From a virus: DNA of 64,000 nt. The stretch spans positions 32,001-96,000 of the IMG/VR virus record IMGVR_UViG_3300044638_008494; one strand, given 5' to 3'. The position numbers were made by a program, and so were the translations under genes. The notes beneath the pieces were generated by a model, which saw nothing but the letters and a program-made list of their open reading frames with translations, did no database searches and was not told the DNA's origin. Shown here one piece after another: positions 58,158 to 64,000 of the stretch; the stretch's first letter is position 1; each line of letters begins with the position of its first letter.

Positions 58158-61100
58158 ATGCCAAGCGTCTTTTCCATCGAATCTATCAATCTAAATGGCT
58201 CATTATTAACAGCCAATAATGATAGGCTGTACATAAATGGCCAACAAGTAAAAAATACTTCTGGTGTTCAAATAAGCGAAAACTTTTTTATAAAAGGATA
58301 TGCGCCTATTTCTTTTTATAGCCGATGGGCGGTTAGAGGTCAATATTTAAATGAAACATTATTGAATGACCTATTTATGGCCACTGGGTATGTTATTACC
58401 TGCGGATATCCAGCAACAGGATCTATACCTTTGCAGGGAAGATTTTATCAAAGAAAAGTAGATTCAGTCATAGATGTTAAGCCAATAGCTGATTTTGAAC
58501 TGCCACCAAGACAGGTGTATGTGCAAAAAGCTATTTCTGAAAAAATATATCCAGATAGTGTTTTGGGCCTTGATATAGCGCAAGCGCCAAATGAAATGCG
58601 AGCAATATCATGCCATTTGCTCGGATATTTTCCAGCGGCTGGCCACTTTGATAAGATGCCAAGAACTTTTAATTTTTATAGCCAATCTGAGCCAAAAGTT
58701 GGAAATGGAGCATACGAAGAGTACATGCAATATAACGCAACATTTACAGGTGTTTCATTGTATTGTAGCGAAACGGGTCGTGGCCCAACCACATACCGTC
58801 AAGAAATAACAGGATATATAAGCGGATTTTTACAAAACGAACCGTTATATATTCCACTAAGTAGAGAGGCTGTTTATCAAACTTGTGATCCGTGCTATTC
58901 TCCACCAAATATGAGTGACTGGAGTGGATATTTTATAGATGGTAAAAAATATAATTTTAATACAGGAAATCAATTTTCTGGATTCAACGGAATATCTTTA
59001 TTCTCGCAACAGTCTGGTTATGAATATTCTGGTTTTAAATTAAACAGCGGTACGTTTTTCAGCGGCTACTCTGATAGTGAATATGGGTTTGGCGAAATGC
59101 TGGAAACAGTAGGGTGGAGAGTGGCGCCATATCCAGAAACTGTTTCCGGCTTTATAAGCGGATACAGAACATCTGGCGGTAGTTTTATATTGCTTAGTGA
59201 AATAACAGGCTCTCGTGTTAGCAATTTTCCTCTTGATCCTAGCGGATATATAATAGGATCTAGTGGTTACTTTTTGAGTGGACAACAATACTTCTTCCCA
59301 GATATGATGCCAAGAAGGCAAAAAGTGGTTGGCTTTTTAAGTGGGTTTATGAGTAGTAATGGTATATTTACCCCATACCATACAACCAATCCTTTTACAA
59401 GCGGAAACAGCGGTTACTTTATAACAAGACAATATTTTTTCCCAACAGGAAGATTTTTTTCTGGCTTTTCTGGTATGCCAGGCTTTTTAAATAATGCTAC
59501 TGGTTATGGTTTTGTTTATTCTGGATTCGGTTTTCCAGAAGGTAGTGGATTTTCAGGCATGCAATTTACAACATCTGGAAGCGGCATAATGACTGGGATT
59601 ATTGGTACTGGTGTTGTAATTCCAGATACAATATTTACAAGATTCAGCGGAATGTTTGGGTTTCAAGAAAATATGGGGTATGAATACTCTGGAATATTTT
59701 CAGATATATCAAGTAACTTTTTTTCCGGAATATTTCCTGATAGTTCTGGGGGAATTACTGGAATGGTAATTGGAAAAATTGGATATAGAAATGTTCCTAC
59801 AAGGCGAGAAATTTCTGGCTTTACAAAAGCCAAGTCTGTTACCAATTTTAGTGGATTTAATATTACTGGAAATAACATATCTGGCCTTAGCGGATATTTT
59901 ATAGACAACAGGACAGTTTCATTTTTAACAGGCGCCCCAAACCGCGATCTTTTAATAAAAGGCTTTGAAGGTTTTGATAATGAAAGTGGTTTTGATAATT
60001 TTGGATATGAGTATTCTGGGTTTCTTACAATGCCAAGCAGTGGATTTTCTGGACTCGGTATGCCATATCTTTTTTCAGAGCCTGTGACTGGATTTGTTAG
60101 TGGATTTTTAAGCGGACAAAGTAATACATTCATTAGGTTTACTGGATTTTCTGGTTCTAGCGGATATATCCTTGACGGAGACAAATATCATTTTCTACCA
60201 GCAAGATGGAAGAGTGGTCAGAATATAAGCGGCTTTCAAAGTGGCACTGTAGACATATCCACCGAACAATTTGTACCTTTCAGCTTTCCAAATTCATCGA
60301 GTGGTTATTACATAAATGGAGTTCAATACTTTTTTCCAACAGGAACTGGGATAGATAATAGATTTAATGGATTTGATGATTCGCTGTTTGGATTTGACAT
60401 GTCTATTGGATATTCTTATACTGGATTTGCAGGATTTAGCGCGGCTACAAATTTTAATCAACCGCCGAGGTTTCAAAAAGTTATTGGGTATATAAGTGGA
60501 CTCCAAGATACATTCAATAGATTTACCGGATTTCAACTTTTAAATTCAGCGTCTGGCTCAAGCGGATATTTTATAAATGGCAGAAGATATGTTTTTCCAA
60601 TTTCTAATATGAGTGGATTTTCTGGATTAGGCCAGTTCTTTTATAATAATTTGGGCTTTTCATATACTGGATTTAGTTTTCCAGAAGGTAGTGGGTTTTC
60701 CGGTACAGTTGCTCAGCCATATACCCGAGGAATAATGACAGGCTTTATTGGTTTTAGATTGCTGCCCTCAGGTACTGGCATGATTACTGGCATGATAGGC
60801 TCTCGAAATGTTCCGCAAAGTTCTGGAACTTTTAATGGATTTAATGGGCTTAGCGGGTTCAATTTACAACAGGGCTACCAATACAGTATAGATATAAATA
60901 CTTTTAATTATACAAATGCTAATTTTATAGGTGAAAGCGGTCTAACATCTGGTCTTGGAGTTATAACTGGAAATATTGGGTATAGAAACGTGATCAGGCT
61001 TGATAAAAATTTTGGGACAGGAATAATAACTGGAATTATAGGTTATAGAAATGTGCCATACATGAGCGCATTTAGCGGAAAATTTTACCGAAAAGACAAG

Positions 61101-61280
61101 TATGGAAATAAAAATATTCTTTTTCCATTTTCTATAAATTCTGGTGAATTATATAAAGAATATGACTCTAATTCTGTTGGATTTTTTATATCGGGCGGTA
61201 GCAGGCTAGGAATAGATATAGACAATACACTTTCAGGAATTGGTGGTGTTAATATAGTAATGGAAGGTTTTTACGATTAA
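58158..61280 (+). CDS. Large SG/TG-repeat virion protein: 39712-like domains with a ~760-aa insertion
   Basis: PLQGRFYQR..IADFEL matches PLSGRFYYR..IAAFNL of 39712; repeat block at ~58791-61061; TGTAAT at 58144-58149. Confidence 0.7.
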   Translation: MPSVFSIESINLNGSLLTANNDRLYINGQQVKNTSGVQISENFFIKGYAPISFYSRWAVRGQYLNETLLNDLFMATGYVITCGYPATGSIPLQGRFYQRKVDSVIDVKPIADFELPPRQVYVQKAISEKIYPDSVLGLDIAQAPNEMRAISCHLLGYFPAAGHFDKMPRTFNFYSQSEPKVGNGAYEEYMQYNATFTGVSLYCSETGRGPTTYRQEITGYISGFLQNEPLYIPLSREAVYQTCDPCYSPPNMSDWSGYFIDGKKYNFNTGNQFSGFNGISLFSQQSGYEYSGFKLNSGTFFSGYSDSEYGFGEMLETVGWRVAPYPETVSGFISGYRTSGGSFILLSEITGSRVSNFPLDPSGYIIGSSGYFLSGQQYFFPDMMPRRQKVVGFLSGFMSSNGIFTPYHTTNPFTSGNSGYFITRQYFFPTGRFFSGFSGMPGFLNNATGYGFVYSGFGFPEGSGFSGMQFTTSGSGIMTGIIGTGVVIPDTIFTRFSGMFGFQENMGYEYSGIFSDISSNFFSGIFPDSSGGITGMVIGKIGYRNVPTRREISGFTKAKSVTNFSGFNITGNNISGLSGYFIDNRTVSFLTGAPNRDLLIKGFEGFDNESGFDNFGYEYSGFLTMPSSGFSGLGMPYLFSEPVTGFVSGFLSGQSNTFIRFTGFSGSSGYILDGDKYHFLPARWKSGQNISGFQSGTVDISTEQFVPFSFPNSSSGYYINGVQYFFPTGTGIDNRFNGFDDSLFGFDMSIGYSYTGFAGFSAATNFNQPPRFQKVIGYISGLQDTFNRFTGFQLLNSASGSSGYFINGRRYVFPISNMSGFSGLGQFFYNNLGFSYTGFSFPEGSGFSGTVAQPYTRGIMTGFIGFRLLPSGTGMITGMIGSRNVPQSSGTFNGFNGLSGFNLQQGYQYSIDINTFNYTNANFIGESGLTSGLGVITGNIGYRNVIRLDKNFGTGIITGIIGYRNVPYMSAFSGKFYRKDKYGNKNILFPFSINSGELYKEYDSNSVGFFISGGSRLGIDIDNTLSGIGGVNIVMEGFYD

Positions 61281-61289
61281 AAAATAGCA

Positions 61290-64000
61290 ATGTTACATGA
61301 AGATATCATCGATCCGCTTGTTACTGATTACATCGACAGAGTTACTGGCGAAGGACTAAACTATTTTAATGCCAACGCCACCACTAGATTAAATGATTTT
61401 GTAAAATATTTAGTTAGCGTTATTCCGGATAGACAGTTTGGCTTTTACCCGCTCAGAAGTGACCAAAATATCGGTAACGGAAATAAAGCGTTTGGAATAG
61501 GCAGGTTAGCCTCTGGAAGTCCAATGATTTTTCCTGGCTTAGCTCAGTGGACAGAAAGCGGCGTAATGTTTGGTGATAAGGTTAGACCTGGCGGAACGTT
61601 TGGACCAACATATGAAACGGTTGGCATGATAGATTTTTCTGGCAAAGTTGAAGGGGGATTTGCTTTTAGAGAAAATGACTTTTCTATATTTTATTTTTTA
61701 AAACACCAAAGAGCTGGTGAATTTGCAACCTCACTGTATCGTGGCGAAGGTGGCTTATGCCCATATTTTATATGTGATAAATCTCCAGATTGGTTTCAGG
61801 CTATTGCTCCAGAGTTTTCAACAAGCCGTTTTCGTCCAAGAGGTACAACATATATATATGATGAAATATTTGGCGAAGATAAAAAAGGATTACAAATAGA
61901 CTGGAGCCAAAAAGAAACTGAAAAATATTATGCGCCCACCGCAATAAGTTTTTACGATCCTGATAAAGACCAGACAGAGCCGAGATTTTATTGTCTTAAT
62001 TTAAATGGAAATTTAAACCATTATTCCATGAAATTTATCTACGGCAGAGATCCAAACATGCTTTCTGGAAATTTTTTATCACCATACGTTGCTGTTGCTG
62101 GGTTAGAAGGTCAGCCAGTTAGATATGATATGCCGAAAAGATTTGTTGCTGGCGCTGGCGCAACAAACGACAGAGCTACAGAATATAACAGAGATGGGTT
62201 GCCTCATATAGTTCCTGGTATTTTAATTACAAAAGGCAATTATTCATATATTCATGAAGAAATAGCACAAAATATGGCTGAAGCTATTGGCTTGCTATTT
62301 GCAGTAAAACCAGTACAAATTTCAGGTCTTCAAGACCATGCTTCTAATATTTGTAGTCCAAAAATCGTATCATTAGATTATTATAAAACAGAACCAAAAA
62401 TATATGATAAGGTATTACAAGGATTTGCAAATTTTACAGCAAAAATAAGCTCAATAATAATTGAAGATTATGGTAGGTGGTTGACTGATTTTATTGCTAG
62501 CTTATGCGGAACAGATATTGGCGGCGTTGTTAGATGTTTTGGTGGATGGACTGCTAGATCTCCAATTGAAAAAGCAGAAATACGCCCAACGCTAAATTCT
62601 GGATTGTATATTACTGGCAACCAAATAACAGGAACATATGGAAATTTAAAATTGGGAGAATTTCACAATAACGGAATAGTAGGTTTTGTTAGTGGATATA
62701 TGGACGTTTCTGGAAACTTTAGCGGGTTCCAATCACGTACAATTTCAGGACACAGTGGATTTTACTATACAGGATCTTATAATGTTTTCCCCCCATATCA
62801 ATTTTTTGAAGTACAAAAAATTACCGGATACGTTAGTGGGTTTTTAAACAATAGCGGATCATTCGATATATTTAATTCCACACATCCATATTACAATAGT
62901 GGATATTTTTTAAGTGGCCAGATTACAGATTTTACATATTCATTAATTGAACAAGAAGATATATCTGGATTTCAATATGGTTTTTTAAATAATTTATTAA
63001 ATTCTTGGGAGCCATTTGCTTCAACAAATAAATTATCATCAAGCGGATACCTATTAAATGGACAATTTATTGAATTTTTACCAGAAAAAATAATCGAAAA
63101 AACTCCAGTTACTGGATTTCGTGTTGGTTTTATGAACGGCCTTGGTATTTTTTCTGGATACTCAACTGGAGAAGGTGGTACAAGCGGTATATTATTAACT
63201 GGTGACGTTTTTTCTGACGATCCAAATTCAAGAATATTTTTTCCACTCGATGGCAATTTTGTAGGATTTGATGGCATTTCTGGATTTGATCCCGAAATTG
63301 GGTATGAGTATAGCGGATTTGATTTTTTTGATTCTAGCGGATTTATTTCTTTTGATCAAGCTAATCCGTTTTTTGGAACCGGAGAAATGACGGGGCTTAT
63401 TGGTTATAAATACATTGTTTATTTATCTGGGGAATTTTCTGGGGAAAATAGCATTACTGGCGTCAATGAAGGCTTTGGGCTAGATTTCAATGGATTTTTT
63501 GATGGAGACACTTATTTTTCGGGAGTTGAATTTGACCCACTAACAAATAGTTTTTTGAATTATGGAACTGGATATTTAATAGGCAAAATAGGTACAAAAA
63601 ATGTTCAAAACTTTTATGGTGATCCTGGTTTTGATAATAGACCAGGGTTTGATCCGCTTGCTGGTTATAGCTATACTGGCTTTTCATTTCCAGAAGGTAG
63701 TGGCTTTGCTGGTATAAACGGAAATACTTTCGGAACAGGGTACATGTCAGGATTTATTGGTTCAAGAAATTTTATTGACTATACTGGCATATATTCTGGA
63801 TTTACTGGTTTACTAGATAAATACAACCAGTATTTACCATGGGTTATATTTCCAAACTTTGAATTTACTCGAGGAAGTGGATTTATTGGATCAGTTCCTG
63901 GTTATGGTTTATTAACTGGAGTAATAAGTACTGGAGATGTGAGCGGCGATGCAGCGTTTGTTGTAAGCAATATTGGATCAGGCCTTTATCTAACTGGCCT
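61290..64000 (+). CDS. Third SG/TG-repeat protein, 3'-truncated (>900 aa)
   Basis: Not in the ORF track, consistent with no stop inside the window. Starts MLHEDIIDPLVTDYIDRV...RLNDFVKYL...FYPLRSDQNIG, and the same frame reads GYGLLTGVISTG...IGSGLYLTG at the window end. Confidence 0.8.
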   Translation, partial: MLHEDIIDPLVTDYIDRVTGEGLNYFNANATTRLNDFVKYLVSVIPDRQFGFYPLRSDQNIGNGNKAFGIGRLASGSPMIFPGLAQWTESGVMFGDKVRPGGTFGPTYETVGMIDFSGKVEGGFAFRENDFSIFYFLKHQRAGEFATSLYRGEGGLCPYFICDKSPDWFQAIAPEFSTSRFRPRGTTYIYDEIFGEDKKGLQIDWSQKETEKYYAPTAISFYDPDKDQTEPRFYCLNLNGNLNHYSMKFIYGRDPNMLSGNFLSPYVAVAGLEGQPVRYDMPKRFVAGAGATNDRATEYNRDGLPHIVPGILITKGNYSYIHEEIAQNMAEAIGLLFAVKPVQISGLQDHASNICSPKIVSLDYYKTEPKIYDKVLQGFANFTAKISSIIIEDYGRWLTDFIASLCGTDIGGVVRCFGGWTARSPIEKAEIRPTLNSGLYITGNQITGTYGNLKLGEFHNNGIVGFVSGYMDVSGNFSGFQSRTISGHSGFYYTGSYNVFPPYQFFEVQKITGYVSGFLNNSGSFDIFNSTHPYYNSGYFLSGQITDFTYSLIEQEDISGFQYGFLNNLLNSWEPFASTNKLSSSGYLLNGQFIEFLPEKIIEKTPVTGFRVGFMNGLGIFSGYSTGEGGTSGILLTGDVFSDDPNSRIFFPLDGNFVGFDGISGFDPEIGYEYSGFDFFDSSGFISFDQANPFFGTGEMTGLIGYKYIVYLSGEFSGENSITGVNEGFGLDFNGFFDGDTYFSGVEFDPLTNSFLNYGTGYLIGKIGTKNVQNFYGDPGFDNRPGFDPLAGYSYTGFSFPEGSGFAGINGNTFGTGYMSGFIGSRNFIDYTGIYSGFTGLLDKYNQYLPWVIFPNFEFTRGSGFIGSVPGYGLLTGVISTGDVSGDAAFVVSNIGSGLYLTG

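Noticed and set aside
54131-61061. SG/TG insertions as inteins
   Set aside because: No N-terminal Cys block, no His-Asn/(C,S,T) junction and no LAGLIDADG motifs; the sequence is a low-complexity repeat
297-63687. Many 60-170 aa ORFs overlapping long genes (e.g. 297..623, 27907..28302, 37642..38079, 59663..60184)
   Set aside because: They are antisense or alternate-frame shadows of well-supported genes and carry no recognisable motifs
53594-64000. Diversity-generating retroelement or ice-nucleation protein
   Set aside because: No reverse transcriptase or adenine-specific TR/VR pair was seen; the repeats lack the regular 16-residue AGYGSTxTA periodicity
1-64000. Alternative genetic code
   Set aside because: Code 11 gives dense, tightly packed genes, and TAA, TGA and TAG all act as stops (TAG at 47011)
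1-64000. tRNA/rRNA genes, integrase, transposase, tail sheath
   Set aside because: None was recognisable; intergenic gaps are short and AT-rich

Overview
This AT-rich window (standard code 11) comes from a large tailed dsDNA phage with a long, apparently non-contractile tail (no sheath gene seen). The host cannot be determined from the sequence. The left ~7.7 kb holds non-structural genes: a partial cupin, GT4 glycosyltransferases, a split GT9 glycosyltransferase, DUF736/SSB-like, Whirly-like and Rad52-like ssDNA proteins, and a sigma factor. From 7.7 to 51.1 kb a complete minus-strand packaging and morphogenesis cluster runs, in transcription order: PhoH, Zn-ribbon protein, second sigma-like factor, ZnF-ERCC4 nuclease, TerL, portal, fibre genes, protease-scaffold, decoration protein, major capsid, neck, tail tube, chaperones, a 3108-aa tape measure protein (TMP) and tail-tip genes. 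From 51.2 kb to the end is a divergent plus-strand cluster of paralogous, Ser/Thr-Gly-rich, probably virion-associated proteins. Highlights: (1) the TMP carries an in-frame array of 7 unrelated cassettes (two PD-(D/E)xK-like, one kinase-like, one DUF2786-like) delimited by 8 copies of an ASGFIPNFA motif, three of them identical over 25 nt of DNA, which suggests a shuffleable cargo system injected with the tail; (2) a ~730-760 aa SGF/TGxIG repeat block is inserted into loops of two unrelated host domains; (3) a TGTAAT late-promoter motif precedes at least 11 starts, including a nested scaffold gene; (4) a GT9 enzyme is split across two in-frame ORFs. All family assignments come from reading motifs by eye, with no database searches.
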